Of a stretch of DNA of 56,739 nucleotides, positions 23,701-38,200 are shown piece by piece. The notes beneath the pieces were generated by a model, which worked only from the letters and a program-made list of their open reading frames with translations, was not told the origin of the DNA and did no database searches. The stretch lies in contig NIVC01003702.1 of assembly GCA_002269645.1 (NCBI GenBank), positions 1-56,739 of the forward strand, written 5' to 3'. How positions within the stretch are numbered: position 1 is the first letter of the stretch; each line of letters opens with the position of its first letter. The stretch comes from Macrostomum lignano. Its lineage: Eukaryota. The position numbers and the translations under genes were made by a program.

Positions 23701-24895
23701 GTTGCGATTCGTCATGTTTTGCATTTTAATAGTACAATTTCGATTAACAAAACAACGTTTTTTCTATCTATTGCAGTCTCTCCGTGGCTTGGTCAATTCT
23801 TTTAAATCAGCGATTCTTCCTTGACATTTCCAATATAATTGGCCAACGACTGTTGCCCGATTTGATGCGGTTTCGTCAAACGGCGGACAAGATCTTTCTG
23901 GAATTGGTTCTGGCTCTGACTTGAAACTCTTAAATGGTTGGCTCGTACTCAAGTATTTAATAATCGCACTAATTGTCTTGTAAGAGATTTTTATTCACCC
24001 AACCACACTAAGACTTTGCTTTGCAATCTTAAGAACTACGATAAAAGTACAGAAAATAAATTATTAGATTAGATTTTGGTAGGCGTAAAAAAGTAAAAGT
24101 GAGTGACCAATTAGCTATCGGATAAAAACTATCTGAAGTAGCCATTACAATGGGGAAATGGGCTCAACATCCTCTTTTAAATTTTAATGACTCAGAAATG
24201 AATGATCTTTTAGACCTTCATTGGTAGTAGCTAGTAATTGTACGAGTATATAAAGCTTTATTAATCCTGAATTTTAATATGACAGGTGCATATAGTTTGC
24301 CGTAAAGTATGCACTTTTTATGATTAGAGTACGAGTTATGATTAGAGTACTTATGATAAGTACGAGCTATAGTTAAAAGAAAGGAAAATCACAGAAATCG
24401 TTCATTTTTATTGCGCGTTTTTGGTTTAATTTCGTATCCAATGTAAAAGCTGTCAGCAGTAGAAACAATAGATTTGTTGTTTTACACTGTTATCACAGTC
24501 CTGCTTTATTTATTTAGTAAAGTTTATCAATAAAATTCACCAATGTATCATAAAATAATATTTTTAACAAAAAATTACGAGATTCTTGTTTTTCTCCTAT
24601 CAGGTTTTCAAATTCTCAACAATCTCTATATGCTTGTAAACAGATTAACGATAAACGGGACTGAAAGTATCGATATTTGAAATCGTGCCGAAAATTGCAA
24701 CTTTTTTTAATTTATCAATTACTACAGTAAAACACAAATTGTAAGGCTTAGCTATTTTCGGCGCCAATTTAAAATTCAAACAGCATATTTAGCGTTAATT
24801 ATAATAATTTCGTTAAAAAATTGTCTAGTTTCAACAAACACAACAACATGCACGTTTCAAATTAAATGAACGAGTAAAGCATATTTTCAATAACG

Positions 24896-27800
24896 TCAAT
24901 CAATGTCCGGAGCGCAGAGCAGAGCGGCGCCGCGCAGTCGCCACACGCTCTGCGGCTGCGTGGCCGGTAGGCGCACCGAGCAGACGAAGTTGGTGCTGTG
25001 GCCCGTGCTGGACAGCGCCCCGGCGCGTCTGGCGGTGCGGTAGACGGGACAGTCGTAGCTGAAGCTGGCCGAACCAACCGCTGTTGAGTCGGTAGAGTCA
25101 GCTGGGTCAGGGGTGCCGGTCTGAATTGAGAGTAAATGGCAGACGAGTGTTGATACTTTAAATCCAAATAAATAAGACAACAGAATTCAACAGATGTATA
25201 ATGCAGGAAATATGACAAAAATGAGCCATGTCGAACGTTGACAACATGACGAAAATTAAGTGTAATTTTAAGTTTTGAAAATATAACACAAATCAAGGTT
25301 ATCTAGTGTTGACAATATGACAATATGACACAAATTAAGGTTATCTAGTGATGACAATACGACAATATGACACAAATTAAGGTTATCTAGTGATGACAAT
25401 ATGACAATATGACACAAATTAAGGTTATCTAGTGATGACAATATGACAATATGACACAAATCAAGGTTATCGAACCATGATGATATGATACAAATCAAGG
25501 TTATCGAACGATGATGATATGATACAAATCAAGGTTATCCAACGATGATGATATGATACAAATCAAGGTTATCGAACGATGATGATATGATACAAATCAA
25601 GGTTATCGAACAATGATGATATGACACAAATCAAGGTTATCGAGCGATGATAATATGATACAAATCAAGGTTATTTAATGATGATGATATGACACTAATC
25701 AAGGTTATCTAATGATTATTAGACAAATTACACAAAGATATTACACAAATCAATGTTATCTAACGATGATGATATTACACAAATCAAGATTATTTAATGA
25801 TGGTATGACACAAATCAAGGTCATCTATAGCTACATCGAAGAGTTACATTACTAAGAGCTACATTGAAGAGGAGGAAAACAGCTATGCCCATTCCGTTGA
25901 TAGGATAATGATACGTACGCAGGCATAAACTCAAACAGGTTGTACAGTGACCCTGAATTTCTCATTTTCTGTTATGCACGTACACTCTTTGCGCCTTAGC
26001 CAGCCTAATCAAGGCCATGCATGGAATAAAACCCAACGACTTTAGCGCGAGATTCGGACTAACCTGACACGGCAGCATGTGCATAGCGGGCAGTTCGCAG
26101 AATCTCGAACCCGACGGACTCTCTGTGAGACCGCCGGCGCTCTCGGTCCAAGCGGCGCTGTCCAGCACCAAGCCGAACACGAACACTCCGTCGGTTGGTG
26201 TAGGAGAGCCAGACTGGAAGGCGAACTCCTCGACGCTGCCACTGCCAATCGGGGGACTGCTTGGCAGGACTCGATGACGGAACTCCAGTAGGTCGACCTT
26301 TTGTTTAACATTTAACAGATAAAACGATTAGTGAATACTGCTAACTAGGAACCTATTGTAACATAAAATACGTGTAACAACGGCACTTCTCCGTTATTTA
26401 CTCGTATAGCCATAATAGGGCCGTACTGTTTATAGCTTCTAGAACCGGTGAAGTCGCCTTGCAGGTTAACTCTAATGCTTTAGGAGAGGGTCTTTTAGCA
26501 TGGAGGTGTTTTAGCATGGAGGAGAGGGTGTTTTAGCATGGATATAGGGTGTTTTAGCATGGAGGAGGTGTTTTAGCATGGATATAGGGTGTTTTAGCAT
26601 GGAGGAGGTGTTTCAGCATGGAGGAGGTGTTTTAGCATGGAGGAGAAGGTGTTTTAGCATGGAGGAGAAGGTGTTTTAGCGTGGAGGAGAAGGTGTTTTA
26701 GCAAGGATATAGGGTGTTTTAGCATGGAGTTGTTGTAGCATGGAGGTGTTTTAGCATGGAGGAGAAGGTGTTTTAGTATGGAGGAGGTGTTTTAGCATGG
26801 ATATAGGGTGTTTTAGCATGGAGGAGGTGTTTCAGCATGGAGGAGGTGTTTTAGCATGGAGGAGAAGGTGTTTTAGCATGGAGGAGAAGGTGTTTTAGCA
26901 TGGAGGAGGTGTTTTAGCATGGATATAGGGTGTTTTAGCATGGAGGAGGTGTTTTAGCATGGATATAGGGTGTTTTAGCATGGAGGGGGTGTTTCAGCAT
27001 GGAGGAGGTGTTTTAGCATGGAGGAAAAGGTGTTTTAGCATGGAGGAGAAGGTGTTTTAGCATGGAGGAGAAGGTGTTTTAGCATGGAGGAGAAGGTGTT
27101 TTAGCATGGAGGAGAAGGTGTTTTAGCATGGATATAGGGTGTTTTAGCATGGAGGTGTTTTAGCATGGAGGTGTTTTAGCATGGAGGAGAAGGTGTTTTA
27201 GTATGGAGGAGGTGTTTTAGCATGGATATAGGGTGTTTTAGCATGGAGGAGGTGTTTCAGCATGGAGGAGGTGTTTTAGCATGGAGGAGAAGGTGTTTTA
27301 GCATGGAGGAGAAGGTGTTTTAGCGTGGAGGAGAAGGTGGTAGCATGGAGAAGGTGTTTAGCATGGAGGAGAGGGTGGTAGCATGGAGAAGGTGTTTAGC
27401 ATGGAGGAGAGGGTGGTAGCATGGAGTCAATCGGTGATGGCATGCGGTCACTCAGAATAAGCTGGCTCACTGGCACGCGAAGCCTCCTGGCCTGCGCCTG
27501 AAGCACGGCGGTGAGAAATCCTTGCGGAAAAAAGAAGGCCGGCAGCCAATGCGCGAACGGTTCCGGTCCGTGAGGAAACATATCCGGCTCCTTGAGCAGG
27601 CCGCTGCGCTGCTGGAAGTCGCGCACGAGTCGTTCGGCCCAGCCGGCAAGGAATCGAACCCGGGTGCGCAGATCGGCAGCCCAGGCGCTGAGGGATTTGC
27701 AGGACTCGTAACGCAGCCAGGCGGGCGGCACCCGGTTGCGCAGGAAAGCGGACAGGGCCGACTCTAGCGAGTCCGTCATCAGGGTGTCGCCGCGCAGAGC

Positions 27801-29224
27801 TAAACGTAGTTGCTTAAGGTCGCGTCGGACCTGACGCAACAAGTTGTCGTAGCGATCGATCTCCTGGCGCAGAAGCTGATGAAGCGCCGAGCCCAGCTTC
27901 CCGCTGGCGACGGTGCCGCCGCCAGTTCGTTGGGCCTCGAGCGCCATGGCTTTGGCCAGGGACTGGCGAGGGCCAAGTCGTTTGCGGAGATCCTCCGGTT
28001 CGAGAGATTCGCGTTCTACCGACTTCGGTAGCAGCTAAAAATGTGAGCAAGAAGATAGTGGTTGCTTGGTATGGTAAACTAACCGACTTCAGTACCAGTC
28101 TCACCCCCAGAATTTGTCATTTTAAGCCTGCCTGAAGTCGCTTCTCTCACTCGCCGCCTTTTAGCTGTCTTTACAAAACTTCTTCTCTTATTGAATCCCA
28201 CTACTAATGTACTGACGTCTTGTGCTCGCAGCACCTTCTGTCTTTTTGAACGAAGCGCGCCAGAGTTGCGAAGAAAAAGACAAATATCTTGATTTTTCTT
28301 AGAGGTTACTTTTTATGCTTATGCGTGTCATACATCCGTGTGTTTGTGTCCTCGAGTGGCAGCGCTAACACGCTCTAAGTGTGAAACATAATGATCGAAC
28401 AACTATGGTTTCAATATTAATATTTCATGGCAATTTTCTCAACACTCACCTGAGTCAAGTGCTCAATAACCTCTATAGCTAGAGCGTCGGCACCGCCGAT
28501 GGAGTCGACTGAGGTCGCAGACCCAGCCGCAGTGGTAGTGGCAATTCTCGGTTGCGCCGCTGCAACCACATCCAGCAATCGACGGCCGCGCGCTTCCATC
28601 GCCGCTCGCTCCGAGTTTGAGTCCATGCCGAACACGTCGGGTGGTTCCGCCTCCGGTAGCTGGTTAATGTAGGCTTGAGTCCAGTTGAATTCGGCTTCAT
28701 CCGGGAGGCTGGTAAGGCCGGTGGCAAACTGCCAGCCCGGTTGGAGGGCCTCCGGGCGCAGGAAGGCGCCTAAAACGGCTGCTAAGCAGCGACGATCGCG
28801 TTCGTCGGTGACTCGACCACCGTAGGCGATGTCTCCAACCAGGTGGCTCACGGCGGGCCAGTCCACTGTCGACTTGCCAGTCAGGTGAACAAGGGACACC
28901 TCCAGGTCGCTGTCATTGAATTCGTACGGCACGTTGAAGCCGAGACTGCCGAAGCGACTGCGCTCAAGCAGCACAGAGTTGAACAGGCACAGGGCAAACA
29001 CCAAGCGCCGTGTGTCCGGCGTTTGAGAGTCGAACCCGCGACTCGACACTAAGCCGGTACCGTCTGGCGCAAACGCCTTCCGCAAGAGACTCTTGACTCC
29101 GCGTGGCGTTTCGATGGCCACTTTGCAGGCCGCGTGCAGCACCGGGACAGGGAAGCTGGCGTCCGGCTTGGAGCTAAGCAGAAGCCGAAACTGCGAGTCT
29201 AGCTGCATCGTTCCGCGCTGGAAG
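24896..29224 (-). CDS. DNAH14: DNAH AAA6 lid and C-terminal exons
   Basis: [21 protein letters not shown]; YGGRVTD; [16 protein letters not shown]; GVFVFGLVL; CPVYRT...ALLC. Confidence 0.95.
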
Positions 29225-32200
29225 CTGGAAGAAGAAAATTTTCGTAGTGTTACTAACGAGCTATGTGATATTATACGAGCTATCAATGAATTCTCTCTGG
29301 TCGCTACGCTCCCCACGAATCGATGCTGGACTTTCTTCAAGTTTAGCATCGTCCATACTTTTCTTTACACGCAATAGATGCTCGTAGCAGAGTTTCAGAG
29401 CTTTTCTCGCTCAGCCTGTCTGCTTCAACCTGTCGCAAAAAAATCGTGCCGGTAAACTTTCCCTCCTGTTGTGTCCCTCCGTCGTACCTTAATTGTGCTG
29501 TTATCGACCTAGATATATTCAAATTATCGAACTTTATCTCTCGTGTCTGCCCCCTCCTTTAATTTGTAAACCCTATTCGTTTTTAATAAATAAAACCGTC
29601 TGGGCCTGTCTTGCCCCTGGCCATGCTAAGGTTGGATCGCGAAAACGCCTCATACAAAACAATCATTGTCTTTTTAATTTTTAGGGCACAACCAATTTCG
29701 AACATCAGTTTAGTTTATTTTGACCAATCTATAATATTAATAATAATATTTGAATATACCTGCCCTGATAGGTACATGTAGATGTGCAACCGACAGCTCA
29801 GCCGCAGCTATTGCGCGGCGCATCTGAAGGCTGCGTACGGCTGTTCAGTCCAAGGACTGGTGGGGTCGCCACACATCCTCAATTATCCCAGCTAATGCTG
29901 CTGGCACCCATTTCACAGCTGGGTGAACTGAAGCAATGCAGGGCTAATTGTTTTGCTCAAGAACGTAATTTTTTCCAGTGGGATCGGGAATCGAACCCCT
30001 GACCTTCAAATCATGAATCTAAAACCCCCTTTGACCATTCAATGCGATTATGCTACGACCATGCTACTACGTTCAAGTGCGTTGTAAACAATATACTTAG
30101 CTTTGAAATGGAACAGATGATCGAAACGGTTGAAGCGGATCAAAAACGCTATGCTAAATTTTGTGAGAAAGTTTTTTGAACAACTATGAAAAAGCATACC
30201 TATCAACCAGCTGCTGCAACCGCGGCATCCAAGAGGCGGCCAGATGGCAGTTCTGCAGAAACACCCATCGACCTTTGAGAATCTGGGCTTTACCGATTAG
30301 CTCCTCCGCCTTGGGTCCTTGGCCGCGTCCTAACGATACCATGTCCAGGTGGAGTGCCGACCCGCGCAAATCCGTGGCTAGTCGCATCAGCGCAGCGGTG
30401 GGATCGGCGCCCGGAGCCATCAGGAACAGAAGCGGCGTCTCGGCGCTAGCCGATTCAAAGGCCTCCCGTAGTCCTGCCGTATTCGTACCGGTGAATTCCG
30501 GCCCGAGTTGCCTAGCAACCAGATGACGCATGCTTGCTTCTAGCTGAGCCGGTCGAAGCAATCGAATCAGAAGCAAGCGTCGGAAATCGGGCAACTTTGA
30601 CCAATCAAAATGGGGCGTCAAGTTTGGCGGCTTCAGCATTAACTCGAAGGCGTCGTCAGCGTCGCGAAAGCTTTGCCATTGCGCCGTTGCCTGGCTGAAA
30701 CTGGCGCAAAGACCTTCGAATCCGCTAGACGGCGCTGACTCCAAACTGGCGCATGCTGCTCTGACTGATTCGGAAGGCCAGTCAATCTCAATAGGACTGT
30801 CGGTCGGAGCAGCGGCAGTTCCCGAGCTTGCCGTGGCGGAAAGACTCGCCAGCTCCGCGCCGTGCAGGAAGAAGTTCCAGTCGCGCTGAGGCAGCGGCTC
30901 AGCCGAAGTGCCGACGGAAGCGGCTGCCGGAAGTCGGTCGACAGCGCGCATAACAGCGGCGCAGAGAAGAAAAGCGAAGCAGAGTCGGTGTTCAGAGAAC
31001 AGCGCCAGGGTGACGGTTCGTTGCGTTGTCATGGTGACGTCGTGGATCATTTGACGCATCCGCTGCTCCAGCGATAGCGGCTGATCCTCGCTATCCTTGG
31101 AAGGCACTGCAGCGATGACGCGTCTGAAGCTGGACTCGAAAGTTGACAGACTGAACTGGTACATCAAGTTGATGGAGGGCAGGTCGGCGATCACGAAATA
31201 GATGACAGCGCCGCGTGTGGCCACTGGCAGGTAGACTTGGCGCGCAGCGCTGAGTTCGCGTTCGGTGGCGGCAGCTTTGGCGACACGCTCCGAGATCTCG
31301 GAGGACATTGAGCGACTCTGTTCGAGGGTGCGAGGCAGATCCTCGTCATCCAAGATGTGACGGGTAGAGCCTTGGAGCAGGCCTAGGGTGCGGTCTTCTA
31401 GTTCACGGAGGAGAGAACCGTCGCTGTAAAGTTAATTTTTTCGATTTATTAGATATTTATTAGAGGAAACTACAATGAAAAACAATTTAAACAGTATCGA
31501 TTTTACAACTCACCGAGCCAGAGACTGCAACAGCGCTGCTCTTTCTTGCTCGAGTTCGGGCCGCTCCTGAGCCACCACACAGGACAGCAGTTGCTCTTGA
31601 AGACCCTCAAAAGTCACAGAGAAGTTCACGATGTTCACTAAGATGCTGGCGGCAGGCAGAAAGTGGGGGTTATGCGTGGCAGAACACAAGTAGAGTCGGA
31701 AGCCATCGCCATAATCAATGTCGTTCTCGCCAACACGAATCAGCTTGTGCCCGCCCCTGTGGAAGATCTCTTTCCGCAGCACGGGGCCGAGAGTTGGGTC
31801 AAGAGATTCTCCCACGTCAAGCAAGACGACCGGCTCGCCAACTCGAATGGCTCGCTCCACAGTCTGTAGGAAAGCTGGGTCGGTTGCTCGGGCGAGTTTC
31901 AAGCTCGGCTCGAGACCCTGCAAAGTATTCAGTAGTCAGTCAAGAGTTGAGTAGGATTTAGATAGAAAGAAAGAATCAGTTATAATTTACCTGCAAGTAC
32001 CGAAGACCCTGCTGCTGCGGATCGATCATAAGACACCAGCGACGACTCTCGCGCAGTATCACGGCATTCTCAGCCGAGTTTGCGTCCCTAGCTAGGCCCC
32101 GATTCTGCCAGTCAAGCAAATCGTGCGGCGTGGTCTGGCAACCGACAAATGAGAAGCCGTCACTGAGTGGGATTCTTTTTTCTCTGCACAAATCGCACCA

Positions 32201-35200
32201 ACGCTGCGTGGCGGCTTGTCGATACGGAGCGGTCAAAGCGCCGAAATAGGCAACGGCCCCAGCCGATAGAAGCGTGTCACCCGACAGTGTCCTCAAGCGG
32301 AGCCGCAAACTGTCTATGGCCTCCTCCCAGCGCTGCCGCTCACCGCCCAAAGCCGCCGTGAGCAGTCCGGCTCGCTTCAGCCGAGCCCCCGTCTGCACCA
32401 GCCGCTGCTTGAGACTCTCGCGTTCCGAGACGCTGGCCTCGCAGTCGCGTTGCAATGCTGCGAGCTGTTGGACTATGAGACCGAGACGCTTCTGCTTCAC
32501 CTCTAGATTGCTTTTAGCAATGGCTAGGGCCTTTTTCGCCTCTTCAACTTTGCGCTGCTTTGGCACTATCATGTTCTGCACATCGTGATAGTGCTCCAGG
32601 GCCAATACCCAGGTGCAAATTGACTGACAGGCTCGCGACACCTGTCCAGCCTGATCAGGCTTAAAGCTAGCCTGTCGAGTAAATTTTTTCAACTGGCGAA
32701 ACACTTTTGGCGAAATGGCATCTTTGTCAAGCGATACCATGCGAGACAGGAAGTGCGGATCAGTCAACAGCTGCTTGCTCGTCTTCCAGGGGTTCTTGGC
32801 ATCGGGTTTAACGCCGAGAAGAACGCAAACTGACCCCATTACCTGGAGCACTAGATCTGGAGGGTTAGTGTACACCCGGACCTCAGAGATGTCCTGCTTT
32901 GACAGGGCGTCCAGTGCTCGGACAGCCTCCTGGAGTGCCGGTATTACAGAGTCCAAATCCTGCTGGCATTCAAAAGCGTAACGCTCGACAATCTCAGCCT
33001 CCTGCTGCATAACGGATTCTTCTTGAACTACAGTGAGGCGAACCTCCTCTACAGCTTGCTGGTCAAGTTGAAGATCAGCAAGCATTCGCTCAGTTTCTTG
33101 AGCTTTGGCTTCGATTTGCGGACCCAACTGGACAAGGTCCTCCTGCATTGTCACCACTAGACGGTCAGATTCGTCGAGTTGCCGAAGGCCGCGAGTAAGA
33201 CGATCCCTGAATATTTTAGGACGGTAAAAAGTGTTGGAAAAAATTGAATAACTACTTGAAATTCAGAAAATAAAACTCACCTGTTGCCTTCCAACTTAGT
33301 CCTGCACTCCAGCATCATTTTGCTAAATGTTTTAATAAACTCCATGTAGCTGCTAGGCGTGACATAGTACGGTCGCTTAGTCTCTTCGAAGAATCTCTTT
33401 CCAATGCCTTCCATATCCTGATGTAAAGTGACGCACGCTTTGCAGATCTCCGGTTTTAAAGCCTGTAGAAACCGCGAAAAATATGGAATGACTAGGAAAG
33501 AAAACATTCAACCTTTAATAAACAATGAGTAAACTTACTGTATCTGCACCAGCAAAGTCTTCCTGCTCAAAGTAGACTTCGGCCACGGAGAGCATGGCTT
33601 CCGGACTCCAAGGATCGAACCAGTCAATGGTGGTGCAGTTGATCAAGGATGGATTCGCTCGACAACGCTGTCTGAACCGATCGCCTAGCGGACTCAGTGT
33701 CAGCACCACGTGCAGGTTCCGACGCACCCGATCCAGAAAGAAGGCGTACAGTTCCTCGCGATTATCCTGAAGGCCAGCTGAACTGGCGTCGCCTTTCAAG
33801 TTGATGAGCACGCCTTCGAGCTCCTCGGCGTCAAATAGATCAGGAACGTCACCCGAGTTGAGAATCGAGTTCACATCTTCTAAGAACGATTCATTGACAA
33901 TATCGGCGTCAGTCAGAAGAAACACGGTGCCGGAGTTTTGAACCGCCGACCTGATGAAAGCCGATTTGAGGTCGGCACGGAAGTCCTGCAGCTGGTAGTT
34001 GCGAGTCAGTCTAAGTCGGGCGACCCTTGCACGGGCGATGCTCGCGGCCATGCGAACTGTTGATGTTTTGCCAGTACCGTCGATGCCGATCAGAAGCAGG
34101 TGGCCCCGAGGCTGGCCGAGCACGCGGACCGCTCGGACAATATGCTCCATGGCCTCCTTGAAGAACACGAACTGCTGGTCTCCGCCGCCGCCCGACGCTT
34201 CGTCGCCCGCCCCATCGACCTCTTGAACTCGTTGCTTCATGTGCAGATCCTCCAACGCTTGCCGGAGTCGGCGGAGATCCCGCACGGGTGCGTAGGGCGC
34301 ATTCTTGGCTGCTTCGTCGGCTGCGCCGGCTCCGCCACCGCGAGCACCAGATGTTTCGGCGGCTGAGGGGTCCAGGAAGCGAGCGAACATGAGTGTCTGA
34401 TCGCGCAACGCGTCTCCGGTCAGACGAAGCTTCAACTGTTGGCGCAGTTCGTCTGCCAGATGGGCAAAGAAGGTTTCCCTGTCCTCCGGGGTGCACAAGC
34501 GATCGTGGAGAACGCGGGTTGACTCGTGCACGAACAAGTCGATGCAGGCTTCGCGACTTGTCACAACCTGCATTTAGTAAGGAACGGTTGAATTGAGAAA
34601 TAAAGGATTAGCTGAGGAATGAGTAGTAGACTAAAAAGAGATTAGAATAACTATCAATCACCTTCTCGCTAGCCATGTAAAATCCTTCAACAACTTTGGT
34701 CAGATCTCTCAAATTGTAGGTATAGTGCAGCTTGGCTGGTGTCGGCTTTAGCGCTGCTCGAAGCCTGTAGTACAAATTGATGGCGCAGCTGACCATGTTT
34801 AGCATGAGGTCGCGGATTTCGGCGTGAAAGTCGTGATCCTGCAGGAATCGGCCGAGCTGCACGTGGTAGATGTGCTGCAGAGAGCGACTCGACGGCAGAG
34901 GCAGCGAGAGAAGACTGTAGAAAGGTATTGTACGATAATTATATTGATGTTCTAAATGGTTCTAATTAAAAAATAGGTAGCTCGTAGTTTTCAATCAATT
35001 TTGTTCTTTTCAAACCTGAAGTGCCGAAGCAGCCGAGGAGACACGGGGTGCCGTCCACCGCCAGACGGTCCGCAGGCGGCCAGCATCACCGTGTCAACAA
35101 TGCTGCGCCAGCTCAGCTTCTGCAGATCGTAAAATCCACCCAGATCGAGGAATTGTCGCAGCAGTTCTAGCGGAGCTTGAGTGCCGAATTCGTCAGGCAG

Positions 35201-38200
35201 CGGCATGTTCAAGTCGTCGACAAAGATCACCATTCGACGACCCTTTCGGGGACCGAGAACGTCGCGGCTGCGTTTGACAAGTCGGCCGGAGATTTGCGAC
35301 TGCAGCCGAGACGGTCGCGTTTGAGCAGTGAACTCGAATGTGGTAAACAGGAGGCTGTGCTCCAAGCCCTGTTTCTCCGTTTGGGCACCGTCTAAGAGAG
35401 TTTTAATTTAGTGTTAAGATATTACAGAAAAATCATTTTGATGATTTTTAGCTTCTTTAGTTCTTTCTGTAGTAAACTTTACTTGCTTCACATTAAATCG
35501 TACACTCGTACACCACCACTACACTAGAACTCCGACGAACACCTGCCCTAGCTCGTAAAAGTTGATTAATATTTGATAACATTAAAATCTAAGGGTCTAT
35601 AACGGTATGCTATCGAAAATTACTGTTTGTACCGCAAACAGAACACAAATCACTCGAATAAGTAAGTTATATTAACTGAAAGTCACGTCAAAAAATTAAT
35701 AGATGGTTATAAAGTGCTCAAATAAAACAATAAGAAAATGATAGTGACGCTACAGCTTTGAACACAAGGAAGACAACACTAACAAACTTTAATTGCATGT
35801 CTATTCAGGGGTGAAATTAAATTCGAGTATTGAGTAGCTGATGCTCTGCCTACTCAAATGTGCCGTAACTAAACGGGATTAAGTTTCTAGGAAACCCCAG
35901 ATTTACCCAAATCCAAGTCTTCGATGCTCGCGAATGGTCGAATTTCAGCTAGAAAATGTGCGACACAAATTACAAACGTAATAGCAAACTATTGTTAACA
36001 ACGCTGCTTTGAAGACAAACAAAAAAGCTGTCTAACATGCAACTTTGCCGCTCAAGTCTTACCATGGTTAGCAAAAGCACAAACAAACGATATGGTTCAG
36101 AATTAAAACATCGTTAAACGCTTCAGTTATTCTGGTTCTAGCTGTTAGGCAGAAACTTACACAGAAATGTTTGCTGATAAGCTGGAAACATTCGCAGATG
36201 CCAATTTACTGATTTGTACTTTTAAATTCATACTTTGACAGTATACTATGCATAAATACGAGCTATTTGTCCCTTTGTTCTTTGTGAAGACAAGAAGCCA
36301 TGATAAAAGCCATGAATGCTGCACAAGACAGATCAATTTTAAATCGAGTTGTCCCTACAATGCATTTAGAAATACATTGGAATATATTGTCTCACTACTT
36401 ACCATCTGACCCATCGTCATCACCATCGTTCGTCAGAGCTCGCAGACTCTCCAGCAGTCCTGCAGATTTCTCTGAGTAGCTTAACACCTGTCCGAGAACA
36501 GATTTGCCTTGCGTAGAGGCGCCGTTCGGTTCGGCCAACTTTTTCAATAGTGACCTTAAAAGGGCCGTTTTACCAACACCAGACTCGCCAACGAGTAGCA
36601 CTGGACTGCGACTGACCAGAAGCAGAGCAGTCAGGAAGGAGTACCGGATCGTGTCAACCGTGGCCACCAACTCCGGCTGGGTTGACCTCCTCGATACCGC
36701 GCCGCCGGAACTTCCGACACCTCCGCTGCCACCAAGAACCGAGGTGGCGCGTTCAACTAAGCTGCTGGAGCTCGGCACAAGGCTCTCCCAGGGCAAAAAG
36801 TTGCCAGATTCTAAATCGACAAAATAGCCGAAGATGTTGCGACTGGCCGATGGCAGGCGCACGCCAAGTGGAGGCTCAGTGTCGAACAACTCGTGCACCA
36901 GGTTGTCGAATTCGTCCGCCACGTCCTCCATCGGCCGTTTGCTGCCGCCGCCACCAGCGCCGCCGCCACCGGCACCTTTCAAATTGCTGATGTCGATGTC
37001 CATCTCTTCCTGACGGTTCAGATTTCCGCCAAAGGCCCAGGTGAAGGCGAATACGAATAGCTTGCCGAGAAGGTTTTTGAGCTCTTTAGGGTTCTTCTCC
37101 ATGTAGTAGAGCTGCTTTGCTCTGAGGGTTTTAGAGTGTTATATTTTTTTTACAAATCCAACTAGTTTCTAGAGAGTTCGTTAACAAGCAAAGCAATGCA
37201 CTTGAAAGCAGCCACTGTCATTCGATATTCAGTGTAAAGCAAAGACTATAGCGTACAAGAGGTAAAAACTAAAATCGAAGTTTAACAATAATAAACCAGT
37301 AGATGTGTTTTTCTGCTTGTAGCAGAGTGGAGTAGCTATTTTTTGAAGTACAAGAAAATCACAGAAAAGAAGAAGAAACAACTGAAACTCAGTAAAAGTA
37401 AAACTAGATTAAAAGTCCTCTGCGAACTCTTACAACTGTCGCATTTTTGGCTTTGGCGCTACAACTACACGACGTTTCTTGACTTGAAGTTGGCTGCAAA
37501 GCATGTTGACTTGGTTGTCTAAATACCAGCTGGTCGAAAAAATTGAAAAATAATTCTAGCTGTTTATTTTTAGTAAATATGAAATTCTTACTCAGCTTGT
37601 CCACCTGTTGTCGTCACTTCGCCAGCTCGACTGCCGGCACCTCCGCCTCCGCGACCTCCGACATCGGCAGCAGGTGCAGCGCCGCACCCGCCGTTGCAGT
37701 CGCTACGGCGTCTGGAGCGCCGAAACCGCCATGATCGGTCATGAAGTTGAGCATGGCTGACATCAGGTGACACAGAGTCTGCACCGGGCCCAGCTCCGGC
37801 GATCTGATCAGCTGGTGCTGCGGTTTCTCGCGCAGGAACGTCAGACCGCGACTGACACTGCGCTCCATCAGGTCCAGCAGGTGCTTGCGACCGCTCTCGG
37901 CAGATCTTTTGGCAGACGGGCGGCCCAAGTTCTCGCGAAGGGTCGCCAGCCCAGCTGCACCGGATCCATGTAGACCATGGCGCATCGGCTGATGGTTGCC
38001 GGGGACGCCTGGGCTAGCGAGTCCACTTCGAATAGCAGTCGAACTGATTGCGTGAGGGCGACACGCTCGCCTGAGGCCAAACAGAGCACCTTGGAGTCGT
38101 CCAGCACCGTGTTGAGATTCTCCACCCAGAGTGTGTCGACTGGGCCGTCCAGAACGAGCCAACGCCAATCTGAAGTTTTGCATTTGTTTTTCTGTCATTT

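Noticed and set aside
26486-27425. Constant 16-nt core with variable linkers looks CRISPR-like
   Set aside because: Linkers are 0-6 nt and reused, there are no unique spacers or cas genes, and the array lies in a eukaryotic intron
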